NCBI RefSeq assembly: GCF_009914755.1
Contig: NC_060941.1
Source: the human T2T-CHM13v2.0 reference genome, Homo sapiens
Strand: one strand, 5' to 3'
DNA length: 64,000 nt
Shown: in pieces, positions 1 through 13,069 of the stretch
Numbering within the stretch: the first letter of the stretch is position 1
Layout of the letters: each line of letters opens with the position of its first letter
Notes under the pieces: model-generated
Database searches by the model: none
What the model was told of the DNA's origin: nothing
Seen by the model: only the letters and a program-made list of their open reading frames with translations
Made by a program: the position numbers and the translations under genes

Positions 1-45
1 CAGGAGAAGTGCCCAGGCCTGAGGCCTTGACCCCACTGAGATGTC

Positions 46-660
46 CCCCCAGGAGGAGGGGTGCCCGGGGTTAGCTCCCCTAGGAGGAGGGGTACCCGGG
101 AGTGAGGCCCTGACCCCACCGCGAGGTCCCCCAGGAGGAGGGGTGCCCAGGAGTGAGGCCCTGACCCCACCAGGAGGTCCTCCAGGAGGAGGGGTGCCCA
201 GGAGTGAGGCCCTCACCCCACCGTGAGGTCCCCCAGAAGGAGGGGTGCCCAGGAGTGAGACCCTGACCCCACCAGGAGGTCCCCCAGGAGGAGGGGTGCC
301 CGGGAGTGAGGCCCTGACCCCACCGCGAGGTCCCCCAGGAGGAGGGGTGCCCAGGAGTGAGGCCCTGACCCCACCAGGAGGTCCCCCAGGAGGAGGGGTG
401 CCCGGGAGTGAGGCCCTGACCCCACCGCGAGGTCCCCCAGGAGGAGGGGTGCCCAGGAGTGAGACCCTGACCCCACCAGGAGGTCCCCCAGGAGGAGGGG
501 TGCCCGGGAGTGAGGCCCTGACCCCACCGCGAGGTCCCCCAGGAGGAGGGGTGCCCGGGAGTGAGGCCCTGACCCCACCGTGAGGTCCTCCAGGAGGAGG
601 GGTGCCCGGGAGTGAGGCCCTGACCCCACCGTGAGGTCCCCCAGGAGAAGGGGTGCCTGG
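46..660. repeat. 51-bp minisatellite, ~12 copies
   Basis: Unit cccccaggaggaggggtgccc(a/g)ggagtgaggccctgaccccacc(agg/gcg/gtg)aggt. The overlapping ORFs show 17-aa periodicity. Confidence 0.95.
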
Positions 661-2005
661 GGAAAGACATGACCTCAGTAGCTCCGGGTACCCTCCACCT
701 TTGCCCTCATTTCCGCCTCCGCATGCAGCCTTGGGAACTGCAGGGCTGGGAACCCGGAGAAGGCGGCCGGGCTCTGGGGGAGCTCAGAGGTGGCCTTCCC
801 TGCCAGGAACACAGGCCAGGCCCCATCCCTATCTAACCTTATACTTGAGGAGCACAGAGCGGATATCTCCAGATTTGAGTCCTGAACGCGCGGCCGGGAA
901 CCCCAGCAGTTCTGAACTTGTCAAGGGAGCAGCCTGCCATGAGGGGTCTCCCAGGCGGCTGTGAGGCCTCTGGAAACTCCCTGCTTGGAGGAGGTTGACT
1001 GGGGACAGGGCCGTGGGGGTCAATAAAAAGGACTGCTGCCATTAGCCCTGGGCTGCCTGCACACAGAGATTAAGCCCGCTTGGGATTTGTTCCAGCTGAT
1101 CTGAAGTAATGAGTAATTCACAATTAATGAGCATGGCTGTAAGCAGCCCTTCCTGGACAAATCCTTGGCTGTCCAAAACTAAGATTAAATGCAAATCATT
1201 CTGTCAATTAACCGTTACAACAAAGCCAAACTTCTGTTAAGCATCACTTCATAGATGGTTTTTTTTCCCTTAAATTGCCTCCTTGTTTGCAAAGCCTGTT
1301 TTACAAGTGGACTGCTTAAGTCACATGAGTGAAAATGCAGCCTTATTTACCGTTCAGCAAAAGCTATCTGAGAATTTGCTTCCAGGGACTTCATGTTCTC
1401 CAGAGGTTGGGGTACTAGGAATCATTTCATTGTAAAGGACTCAGTAAAAAGTAGCCCTGTAGCTGCCAGAATGCGCCGTAGGCTCATGATAAGGTAGGTG
1501 GTAAGGGCCAGAGGTCAGGGGTCACAGATGGCTTCTGCCCCTCCACAGCACATGGTGTCCAGAACTGGGCTTGCCTCTCACCTTCCTTCCTGTACATTTC
1601 CTGGTGCCAGAAATTTGCTTTTCACTGACTTCCCCCTAATTCAAATTTGATTAGAATCTCCTTTTTGGGAACATTCAAAGTGCCAAGGTGCGTTTCAGAA
1701 ATGCAGGGTTGCAGAGGTGGGGTCCTGAAATCCAAGGGTGGTGGGGCCTGAGATCACTGCCCTCGCAGTAGGAAGATCCTCGGGGAGAGGTCAGCAGAGG
1801 GCCCGGACAGAAGGCACTGACACTGTACCCTGGAGAGAGACAGGAAGGAGGACCTGGGGCCTCAGAGCTGGCCGGGTGGAGATCGTGTGGTCTTCGTTCA
1901 GAGGGAAGTGAGGTGCTGATGAAAGATGATTGACGTCACGTGGGCACCAGCAGAGGAAGTGACACAAAACGCCCCACAGCTTTGGGTTCACTGAGTGGGC
2001 AGTTG

Positions 2006-2123
2006 TATTTATTTATTTTATTTTATTTTTGTAGAGATGGGGTCTTGCTGTTGCCCAGACTGGTCTCGAGCTCTTGGCCTCCCAAACTGCTGGGATTACA
2101 AGTGAGAGCCATTGCAGATAGCC
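2006..2123 (-). mobile_element. Alu left-monomer/FLAM fragment with internal deletion
   Basis: T-rich tail then gtagagatggggtcttgctgttgcccagactggtctcg...gcctcccaaactgctgggattaca. Confidence 0.8.
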
Positions 2124-2222
2124 AGTTTTCTTTATTTTTAATTGTTGTTTGTGCAAAAGGTTTTGGCGAATACTGGCTATATTCAGAGGACTCAGTACCA
2201 GTTGCCAGGGGCCTGGAGTAGG

Positions 2223-2574
2223 TGCTGTGGTCTCAATGTGTGTGTCCCCCCAAACCATATGTTGACACCTAACCCCCAAGGCGATGTGGTTAGGAGATGG
2301 AGCTTTAAGGAGGTGACTGGGCCGTGAGGGCTGTCCTCTCATGACGGACGAGTGCCCTTCAACGAGACTTGAAGGAGCCCTTCTGTCCCTTCCTCCACGT
2401 GAGGACACATAGAAGGTACCATCTCTGGGGAACAGGCTGTCACCAAACACCAAGTCTGCTGGCGCCTGGATCCTGGACTTCTCAGCCTCTACAACTGTGT
2501 GCAATACATTTCTACTGTTTATCAATCACATGGTCAGAGGTATTTTGTTACAGCAGCACAAATGGACCAAGACA
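2223..2574 (+). mobile_element. MaLR solo LTR, MLT1A0-like
   Basis: Starts tgctgtggtctcaatgtgtgtgtcccccc, contains gtgaggacaca and ggacttctcagcctc, ends ggtattttgttacagcagcacaaatggaccaagaca. Matches the recalled MLT1A0 consensus. Confidence 0.85.
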
Positions 2575-2610
2575 TCAGGTCTCCAAATCGAAGAACTTCT
2601 CAGCAGCCTT

Positions 2611-3547
2611 CAGTGCTGGGTGGGGAGACAGAGGTTCCCTGCAGGTCCCCACAGACAGTGTTAGACTCAGTGCTGGGTGGGGAGACAGAGGTTCCCTGCA
2701 GGTCCGCACGGACGGTGTTAGACTCGGTGCTGGGTGGGGAGACAGAGGTTCCCTGCAGGTCCGCACGGACGGTGTTAGACTCGGTGCTGGGTGGGGAGAC
2801 AGAGGTTCCCTGCAGGTCCGCACGGACGGTGTTAGACTCGGTGCTGGGTGGGGAGACAGAGGTTCCCTGCAGGTCCCCACGGACAGTGTTAGACTCGGTG
2901 CTGGGTGGGGAGGTTCCCAGCAGGTCCGCACGGACGGTGTTAGACTCGGTGCTGGGTGGGGAGGTTCCCTGCAGGTCCGCACGGACGGTGTTAGACTCGG
3001 TGCTGGGTGGGTTGACAGAGGTTCCCTGCAGGTCCGCACGGACGGTGTTAGACTGGGTGCTGGGTGGGGAGGTTCCCTGCAGGTCCGCACGGACGGTGTT
3101 AAACTCGGTGCTGGGTGGGGAGGTTCCCTGCAGGTCCGCACGGACGGTGTTAGACTCGGTGCTGGGTGGGGAGACAGGTTCCCTGCAGGTCCCCACAGAC
3201 AGTGTTAGACTCGGTGCTGGGTGGGGAGGTTCCCTGCAGGTCCGCACGGACGGTGTTAGACTCGGTGCTGGGTGGGGAGACAGAGGTTCCCTGCAGGTCC
3301 CCACAGACAGTGTTAGACTCGGTGCTGGGTGGGGAGGTTCCCTGCAGGTCCGCACGGACGGTGTTAGACTCGGTGCTGGGTGGGGAGACAGAGGTTCCCT
3401 GCAGGTCCGCACGGACGGTGTTAGACTCAGTGCTGGGTGGGGAGACAGAGGTTCCCTGCAGGTCCGCACAGATGGTGTTAGACTCGGTGCTGGGTGGGGA
3501 GACAGAGGTTCCCTGCAGGTCCGCACGGACGGTGTTAGACTTGGGGG
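2611..3547. repeat. 57-bp minisatellite with 51-bp and 55-bp deletion variants, ~17 copies
   Basis: Unit ggtgctgggtgggga(gacaga)ggttccctgcaggtccgcacggacggtgttagactc. 19-aa/17-aa periodicity in the overlapping ORFs. Confidence 0.96.
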
Positions 3548-6500
3548 ACACTGGGTCCCCAGTAAGAATGATTCTGATGTGAGTGCAGCTAGTGAGGGCT
3601 GAGTTCAAGCTTTAAAGACAAGAGCCCAACAGGTTCCTTCAACAGCCTGATCCCCTAGACCTTCGTGTGTCCAAGTCTCCAGAGGGGATGAACCTCAACA
3701 GACCTGGTTCGACCTCCCCTAGGCAGTGGGTGCTGCCTGGAGGGCAGGGTCGCTCGAGACTGTAGGAGACTCTGCACGTGGTGACCATAGCACCCCCATA
3801 ATAAAGCAGCCCGTGAGGGCAGCCTGGCTGTTCGGCGATGTGTGCACTGAGGTCATCTCTCCTACTCTGTCTCAGCTATTTAAAGGCTGTGACTCACCAT
3901 GTGGATTTAATGACTTATTAAGGAGTTGCAGCCCATGCTTTTTAAAAAAGTAATCTACAAAAAAATAAATGAAAAAGTCTTCAGGACAGTAGACTTAAGT
4001 GCGGATGTGGTCCCTCGAGTTCCATTTTTCAGCCGCCCACATTCCTGGGATTCAGACCTGTTGGGGATTGTAGGATTCTAGTTGCACAGGGAAACCCAGA
4101 GTCAATTCAGGAGGATAATTCTGAGCCAGGGGTGGGGGTACCGGCCTGGAGCTCCGGGGGGTACGGGCTGATCCTACGAAAGGAAAGTCAAGCCTGTGAA
4201 TTGCAGAGCCTGGACAGAGAAGTTGAGGTGACGGCGTTCTGCAGATCCGTGAAATTCTATTACACGTCAGAGGGAAGGGACGGCCTCATGTGGCCCCTTG
4301 GAGGGACCAAGCCCTACCCAGCGCCTTGCCCAAGTCAGCACGCAGTCAGTGTTGGCTCCACCCACCTGCACCGTCAGGCCTTCTGGAAAGAGAAGGAGAT
4401 CCGACTGACGGAGCGTCTCCAAACTTCCAAGCAAATATTACCTCGTTAAAGCCCAGTGCCACATGACTGACCTGGAGCCACAGCCTGCCCTCCTTCCCTG
4501 GGCCTACAGGAAGGGGGAGGTTCCTGTCACCAGAACCGTTCCGTCATCAGCCGGGCAGATGCTCGCTGTGGATTCTAGGTGAGCATCAAGTACTAGGGAC
4601 CATGTTTGTCTTGGATTCCCCCGTCCCGCCTGAGCCCAGAACGCAGAGCCGGAGTCAGGGGCTTGCACATGGAGCGTTTCACGCCCAGGAGGCTGGGGCA
4701 GGGGCCAGGAAGGAGCGGGGAGGGGGCCAGGACCAGCGTGCTCTGCTGAGGGTCCACATCGAGGGCTGGACCCTGGACCTCCACAAGCCTGGAGAATTCT
4801 CCATCCGAGCAGTGAGGAGCCCCTGCTTGTTGTCAGCTGGAGCTGCGCCTCGGGGCTTCTGCTGTCCTGGCCCTGGGGTGGTGACTGCAGGATCCCACAG
4901 GTGTCCCGAGGCCTGAGGCTCTTCTCACTGCAGAGGCCACCCTGCAGGAATTGGAGTTAGGACCCGGAGGGTGGGACAGGCTGACTCAGAGGAGCCAGCT
5001 CTCAGGTTGGCAGGAGGAGGAGATGCACAATGAGACAGCAGCCTCACCTCCAGGGGACGGCCCCGCAAGCCGGAGCTGCCCTCCTGCACACTCAGCACTC
5101 AAGGTGGATTTGGAGGTGACCTAAGCCCACAGCTCTCCAAGTCTTGGGGAAATCTACAGTGGATGGCAGGTGCCTGCGGACGCCGAGTGGGTGCGGCCCC
5201 AGTTATGCTCAATGCAGGGGCACCTGTGTTGTTAGCAGCTGACGTGGACGGGAAAGGCCTGTGCTGAACAACGTTCCGTGTTCAATTAGACACTCTCCTC
5301 CTAAACAGGGGCGGAAGACGTCTCATGGGGGTTCCAAGCGTGATTTATGGAACTCACTCCCATGAGATAACATAACATTTTTCACACGTGGGAGAAAGGG
5401 CTGGGCTCGACTGGTGCCTGAGTGAATGCTGAGGATAAATGGGAAGCAGGACATTCCAGGGCACCTCTGCGTCTTGCATGAGACCTTGTGAGGGCCCTGT
5501 GGTGCCCCTGATGTCACTGTCGAAGGTGGAGCCGCCCCCGCTCTGCCTCGGCCTCCCTCAGATGTCCTCCCCAGCTGGCCCTGCAGCGCACGTGGAAGAC
5601 AGCTGCCGAGAAGCAGGTGTGATGCCAGCCTGTGGGAGAAGCCACATCTGGACAGTGCGTGAAGCCAGTCCAGGGGCCACACCGGGACCTGCCCTCAGCT
5701 CTGCCACGTCCTGGCCAAGTGGCCTTGGCATGCCAGCCCTGGTGTCCACAGAGGCATCCATTCCTCATGGCAAAGTGGAGTCAAGTCGGCTGATGCAGGC
5801 GAGACACCTGGCCGGCCTGGGGAGCCGCACCAGCGCTCCCCACATTGCACTGCTGACTGAGGGGTGCTCGGTGCCGCGGCTTCACACGGTCAGTGCACAG
5901 ACATGAACGCTGGACTGAGAAGCCGCCGCGTGCACCTGGCCCGCCAAGTTGCCAGGGAGGCAAGGGTGGTGTTGACGTGGATCACCGAAGGAGCTGGCAG
6001 CCCAGCCGTCCCCGTGACTGGATGGAATCCGCAAGCGTTCCTGGGCATCCACTCTGGGAAGGGCTCAGTGCCAGGGCCTAGGGTAGTTTTCAAATTGCAG
6101 GTTGTGGCCAGTATACCAGGGGTCATGGGGTCAGTACACTGGGCTCTGACTGGCAATTCCTAAAGATGAAGTGTGAGTCTGTCCCATATAGTAAGAGCTG
6201 CATTGATTTGTAAAGCTTGTGTTGGTTTTGCACGTTCTATGCCAGTGTGTGCTGGACCGTGATAGAAAGCGCATTTCTCGCTGTGGTGCCTGCCGTAGTC
6301 TGGAGGGAAAGATGAGTCCGTGGCTCTAATGTGGGGTGGTGGGTGTGGTCTACACAGGGAGAGCGAAGAGCCCACATGGGGCATGAGAGGGGCCGGAGAG
6401 GCTGGGGCAGGGGAACCCGGGCCAGGTCCTGAGAACAAATGGGGTTATTCAGCTCCTAAAGGTGCAGGACTCAGCCCAAAGTCCCTGGTGACCCAAAGAG

Positions 6501-6861
6501 GACCATGTGAGTCTGATGTGGCTGTGGAAGGCGGGGCTCACAGCAGGCTGCCGGGGCACCATTAATGGGGGAGGGTCCTGTCCCCAGCGCATACGTAGAC
6601 GGCCCTTCAGAACCTGCTCAGTGGTCAGTGCGGCCGTGCAGCTGCACCCCGGCCTGGTCACCTGTGCTGTGCCCAGCAAGGAAGATGCCCCCGCTCAGCC
6701 CGTCCATGCACCCTCCAGAGGCTGTCAGCTGCCTGAGACCCACACTGGCTCTTGCAGGCTAGAGGAGAGTTCAATGGCCATTCGGGCCCTGTCGCCATGG
6801 AAACACCAACTTTGGGTACCAAAAGCCTGAATGTACAAATTCATGGAGTATGACCTGCCTG

Positions 6862-6946
6862 GTGCCAGTGGGTCTTTGCATTTTTCTGGGGTGCCAGTGG
6901 GTCTTTGCGTTTTTCTGGGGTGCCAGTGGGTCTTTGCGTTTTTCTG
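6862..6946. repeat. 29-bp tandem repeat x3
   Basis: gtgccagtgggtctttgc(a/g)tttttctggg at 6862, 6891 and 6920. Confidence 0.9.
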
Positions 6947-7306
6947 ATGCCCTCTGAACTCTTAGGTCCCGGTTCTGGCGGATTTGGCCCAGGCACCCCC
7001 AGCCCCCAGGTAGGAGGCACAACCCTGCTCCCAATGCCCAACACCTGCCCCCAATGCCCAACACCTGCCCCACACACCTGAGGTACCTCCTGGGCGTCCC
7101 ACACCAGGACAGGCCTGGAGACTTCCAGCCACTGCCACCTGGCACACCCAGCACCTGCAGATCCACCACCTTAAAACCCACCTCTACTGCCCCATGTCAC
7201 GGTCCCTGCGGGGCCAGGCCTGCCTGGCACGTCCACCCCGGGTCTCCCTGCCTCACCCTCTTGCGCATCCACAGTGAACAGGGGCATCTTTCCAAAATGC
7301 AGATCT

Positions 7307-7602
7307 GGCCGGGTGCGGCGGCTCATGCCTGTAATCCCAGCACTTTGGGAGGCCGAAGCAGGTGGATCACATGAAGTCAGAAGTTGGAGACTAGCCTGGC
7401 CAACATGGTAAAACCCCGTCTCTACTAAATGTATAAAAACTAGTGGGATGTGGTGGCGGCTAACTGTAATCCCAGCTTCTTGGGAGGCCGAGGCACAAGA
7501 ATTGCTTGAACCCGAGAGGCAGAAGTTGCAGCAAGCTGAGATCTCACCACTGCACTCTAGCCTGGGCAACATAGCAAGACTCTGTCTCAAAAACAAACAA
7601 AC
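7307..7602 (+). mobile_element. Full-length Alu (AluS-like) with target-site duplication
   Basis: ggccgggtgcggcggctcatgcctgtaatcccagc...tctgtctcaaaaacaaacaaac. Flanked by caaaatgcagat on both sides (~7293-7304 and ~7602-7613). Confidence 0.95.
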
Positions 7603-7749
7603 AAAATGCAGATTGAATCCAGGCTCACCTGGTGACAGCTGTCCATATCCCCACCCTTTCAGGACAGCATGGCTGCCCTTTTGTGGGTGGTTCCAGCTAC
7701 CCAGACCCTGTCCTTCTCAACACCCCCTCATTAAGGTAGGACCCTAAAG

Positions 7750-7925
7750 TGAATTCCTCCTTGTCCTTCAAAGCCAGCCTCCAGCATCGCCTCCTCTGGG
7801 ATCTTCTCTGACTTCCCAGTCGGTTTCAGAAGCCTCTGATGACCCCATGCGGAGAAGACTGCTCCCCTCACTGCTGGCACACGGCAGATGCTCAGTAAGT
7901 ATCGTTCAATGACTGACTAAATGTC
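7750..7925 (+). mobile_element. Probable L2 3'-end fragment
   Basis: ctggcacacggcagatgctcagtaagtatcgttcaatgactgactaaatg resembles the L2 3' terminus. Highly diverged. Confidence 0.5.
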
Positions 7926-8082
7926 TCATAATATCCTTCATAAACAAGGGCCTGGTGTGGATTCATAAATGGGTCTCTCAAAGTTTAATTGGTGAGACTC
8001 TGTTGTATCAGACAATGAAGGGTTAAAAGATAATATTCAAAAAAGTAAAATCATGACACACAAATCTAGAATGAACACACAT

Positions 8083-8876
<794 letters not shown>

Positions 8877-8962
8877 TCATGAGGGAAGCAGGAAGATATT
8901 AAAACTGGTTCAAAGGAAAATCCACAGGTTTAGGCAATCGAGCTGAAACGAACTTGCTAATA

Positions 8963-9258
8963 CAGTCGTCCCCCGTATCCCCGACTTGAGTTGTCTGTGC
9001 TCAACTGCAGAAAACAGGTGAGTACAGCACAGTAAGATACCTTGAGAGAGAGGGAGATCCCACATTCACATAATTTTTATCACCATAGATTGTTGTAATT
9101 GCTGTTTATGATTGGTGATTGTTAATCTCTTACTGTGCCTATTTTACAAATTAAACTTTATCAAAGGGCTGTACATATAGGACAAAACATAGTCTATACA
9201 GGGTTCAACACTATCCAAGGTTTCAGGCATCCACTGGAGTGCTTGGAACGCATCCCCC
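8963..9258 (+). mobile_element. MER44A-like (Tigger7) TcMar DNA transposon remnant
   Basis: TA|cagtcgtcccccgtatcc left TIR. Internal gttaatctcttactgtgcct...aaattaaactttatca, and ggtttcaggcatccactgg near the truncated right end. Confidence 0.8.
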
Positions 9259-12200
9259 AAGTCATCACCAAACCAGCCAATATCCACAGGGCCTGAAACC
9301 TCCCCTTTGGATTCTCTCTTCCATTGGTGGAAATCAGCCGTGTCTCCACTGACAAGTGTCCTTGCACCTCCGTGGGCTCCTGTGTGTGGCCGTCACCTTT
9401 CTGGTGTGCAGGGAACTGTCTCACAGCTCCATTAAAGATGAGGAAGGCGCCGATCACTGCAGCACCAGAGAACCCAGGGGTTCGCCTGGCCCCCCACTGA
9501 AAGGATGCCCAGAAACCTCCTCACCCATTTTAATGTCTTTCCCACATTTTCCTGATGAAGACTCAGCACAGACGCTCACAGCATCATTGGGCACAACTGG
9601 GTCTGGTGGCAGAAGGCCCGGAGGGTGCACGGCCCCCTCCTGAGGCAGGTGTGCGGTGCTGGGGAAAGGCGGAGCACGAGGGCTGAGCTCTGGCCGTGGG
9701 ACCCACCCAGCAGTCTCCCCTCTGGGGCAGGGAGGGGCAGTGAGAGCGTGGGGAAGGCAGGGAGGGGAGCCCAACGGTCCACCCTGGGAGGAGCCATCAG
9801 CCCCCATCCCTCAACCAGGCGTCTCCACAGGCCACCAGGGCCATAAAGGCAGGTAGGACCCACACCTGCTGATGGGGAACTGCACCAGCAGCCACCCAGA
9901 AACCCGAGGCCTGTACGGTATTCCGTGCCGGGGAGGGCCAGCACTCAGCCCCCAGCTGCTTCCCTGAACCCCACGGTCTGAGGCTGTGTCAAAGCTTCCC
10001 CAGTGTTTCCTGGAAGACGCTCCTCCATGGATCCCTTGCTCCTGCCCATCTTGCTGGGCCAGGAATGCAAACTCCAATGGCTGCCCCGGGGTCGTTTCTC
10101 AGGGGGGTGTGCACGGGTGTGTGCACGGTGACCGATGCCTCTCTCTGGGACGAAGAGCTGGCACACTGTCTGCCTGCTGTACAGCAGCGGCTTCCCAGAG
10201 CTGAGGGCCTCTCCTGTGGGCAGTCCCCTGTGTGGGCAGCATCTGTCTGAGCCCCCGCACATCGCTGCTGGGGAAGGGGCTTGGGAGCCCACTCAAGGTG
10301 CTGACCCTCTGGTTCTGCTTTTGCTGTGAGTGATTAAGATCCTCTATCTCTGACCCCAGCAGTCTGGTGCTTCCTGCCAGCACCCACGAAACAGGCAGGC
10401 TTGTTAGCCCGAAAGTAAAATCTCAGGCCCCTGCACAGTTCAGACGGCATCCAGCACAGTTGGGGCTGGGCCCTGCCCTCACGACCGCCAGGGCCTGGGG
10501 TACCCTGACCAACTCCTAACTCCCAGGACCTGGCTCTGGGGCCATCTAGCCCAAGTTGTCCTAAGCTACGAAAGGCGATGAGGCAGCCCAGCTTATGAAG
10601 CTCTGGCTCATGCACAGACACACTTTACCCCTCCGTGCCTTAGGACTGTCCCCAGCACCTGCCTGTCCTTTTTGCAGGAGATCGTTCTGCTAAGTGGTCT
10701 CCAGCTCTGTGTCTCTAAACTGACCTCCTGTTGGGGCAGGGACAGGGTCTTCTTGTCTACTGCCAACTCCCCGTGGCTGGCAGAGTCCAGTGATCACGTG
10801 AGCCGGTTACTGCCGCGGCGCCAGGATGAGGCAGCTGGGAACATCCCAAGCAGCAGCTTGAGGAGGGAGAAGTTTCCTTAGGATGGGGTGTGGGAGGGTC
10901 TCCGACCAAGCTCCTTGAGAAGCAAGGCCTCAGCCTCTTCACACCCGCAAGGAGGGACGGCAGGCGTAGACTCCAGGGCAGGCTGCGTGTCCGGGCAGTC
11001 CCAGCCCTGTTAGCACATGCCCCAGGGCCACACAGCACAGAGACCCCACACAGGGAGGTCTCCCTCCCTGCTCTCCCCCTCACCCTGGCCCCTAAAGTCC
11101 TGCTGTTTATTTGGTTGGTTCTGGAAGGAGCGCCATGGCTGCGTAGCTTTGCTGTGCACCGTGCAGGGCGGCGGCCAGCACAGCTTGGTGCCCAGGAACT
11201 GCTGACGGACCGAAGGAGGAGCGCCTGAGACAGTGCCAGCGAATAGGCCCCTGCAGCAAACATTACGACTGCGCTTACACCTACATCTAGTTAGATACGG
11301 ATTCTATTACTGAAGTAACTCAAACTTTCCAAAATGCTTAAGTGAATTTCACAGGTGGGTGTGGAATTGCCAAACGCCAGGTGTACACTGCTGGTTTGGA
11401 TTATCTGGTCATTTTGATCTGTGAAGTCAGGTAATATTCAGGCCCTCCCAGAGTTTCCATTGTCCTGTTCTATGGTCAAGGCGGGGCTGCAAACCAACCA
11501 CGCCCCCTCCCCGCATCCCCGGATGCCTGTGGGGGCTGCAGAGTGATCGAAATGTCAGGTAATTCCACAAAAATCCACATTTGGATTTCGGGCTTCTCTT
11601 GGAACTGACCATCTGTAACTCCGGCTCACGCTGTCCTGCCGGCACCTGGCTGGGGCTCAGCGGGAGCTGTTCTCTCACTCCTTCCCAAGCCCCGTTGTCC
11701 CCCTGGACAAATGGGTGGAATTCTATTAAGGCTGTGAACTTAAGAGAGCTCCGGAGCTGAGAGAGGTGCCGGCCGTGCCGCTGGTGCCTTTGAGAAGCTC
11801 CTGGCTGCCGTCCATCCAGGCCTGGCCTCAGACCTGGATCCCTGTTCACCCTGGGAGTGGCCCACCTGTGGAGGGAGGTGCTCCCCACCACAGCCCCCAG
11901 CCCTGCAGCCCCTGCACCATCTGTCCCCAGGGCAGCTGCCTCTGCAGCCAGGTCCAGGCCTGGGGAGCTGGAGGGCACCAAGCGGACCGCAGGTGAGGGG
12001 CCCGCAGGTCAGCACAGGTGGGTCAGGTCCTAGCCCGCTTGTCATACAGGTCATATGGGACTTAGCCTACTTTCCCTTCTGTTTAATATCTGCACCCCTG
12101 AATAGTGCAAATGCCCAGAGGGAGGGATCGGAGGCTGGGAGATCCATGGGGGATTCAGGGGGCAGCTTGGGGGACAACCGTTGCAGCCGTGCCCTGATGT

Positions 12201-12760
12201 CAGACACAAGGATACCACTAGGCCCTCGCCCAGGCGTCCAGAGAGAAAAGTCAGCTGGCGGCAAAGGCCTTGTTCTCAGGGCCACATGCTGATATTTTAA
12301 CCAGTTCTAGCTCACCTTGGAAATGCTGATGCCAGCAGGACGACACCAGGTACAGGGTGCAGGTGGGTGCTGGACCCCCCAGGTGGCAAATGAAAGCGCC
12401 TGCGGGGGACTCGGTCAGAGGGAGCCTCACAGAACGTTCTGGGCTAAATCTGGTCATCAGACTCGGGGCTGGCGTCTTCCCGACACGTGAATTTGGAGGG
12501 TGTGTGAGTCAGGATTCCTGGCTGAACTGGTTTGCACTGGTTTGAAGTCAGGCAGGTTGGCTGGTTGCCCGTGTCACAGGAAGGTGGACAGGACATAGGT
12601 GCCGCTGTCAGGAACAAAGCCCCAGCCTCTGCCTGTGACGCCCCTCTGAGGGGGCATGGGTCTCCCTCCCCCGGAGGCCCGGACAGCGGCCAGGAGCAAC
12701 TGAGCTTCCTGCCAACCTGGTGACCCCAAAGGTCGGAGGGTGAACTCCCTCCAGCTTCAG

Positions 12761-12841
12761 CAGAACCAGTGTTGATCAACTCATCCCAGTTGGCCTGGAA
12801 CTCAGAACCGATGTTGATCAACTCATCCCAGTCGGCCTGGG
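12761..12841. repeat. 42-bp direct duplication
   Basis: cagaacc..tgttgatcaactcatcccagt.ggcctgg at 12761 and 12803. Confidence 0.85.
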
Positions 12842-13069
12842 ACTTTCCTGATGTTAGCAGGGAGGGTTCTGAGTCCCAAGAAGCGCTCAGTCCCCAGCAT
12901 GCCCTGCGCGTCGGTCACGGAGCCCCAGGAGGAGCGTGCAGCCCGCAGCCTGGGCCTGGGCACAGCCGGCTTTATCAGCAGCTCCATCCCAGCCCCACAG
13001 ACAGGGGAAGAAAAGGTTGGGGGCTGGGCAGACAAGACCATCCAGGGCCCCGGCTGGTCACCCAGGCTG

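Noticed and set aside
1-1000. 5' end of the neighbouring gene (B3GNTL1 is recalled upstream of METRNL)
   Set aside because: No recognisable exon or CpG-island promoter in this part of the window. It probably lies just outside.
2369-3608. 279-367 aa repetitive ORFs
   Set aside because: They start in an MLT1A0 LTR and run through the 57-bp VNTR.
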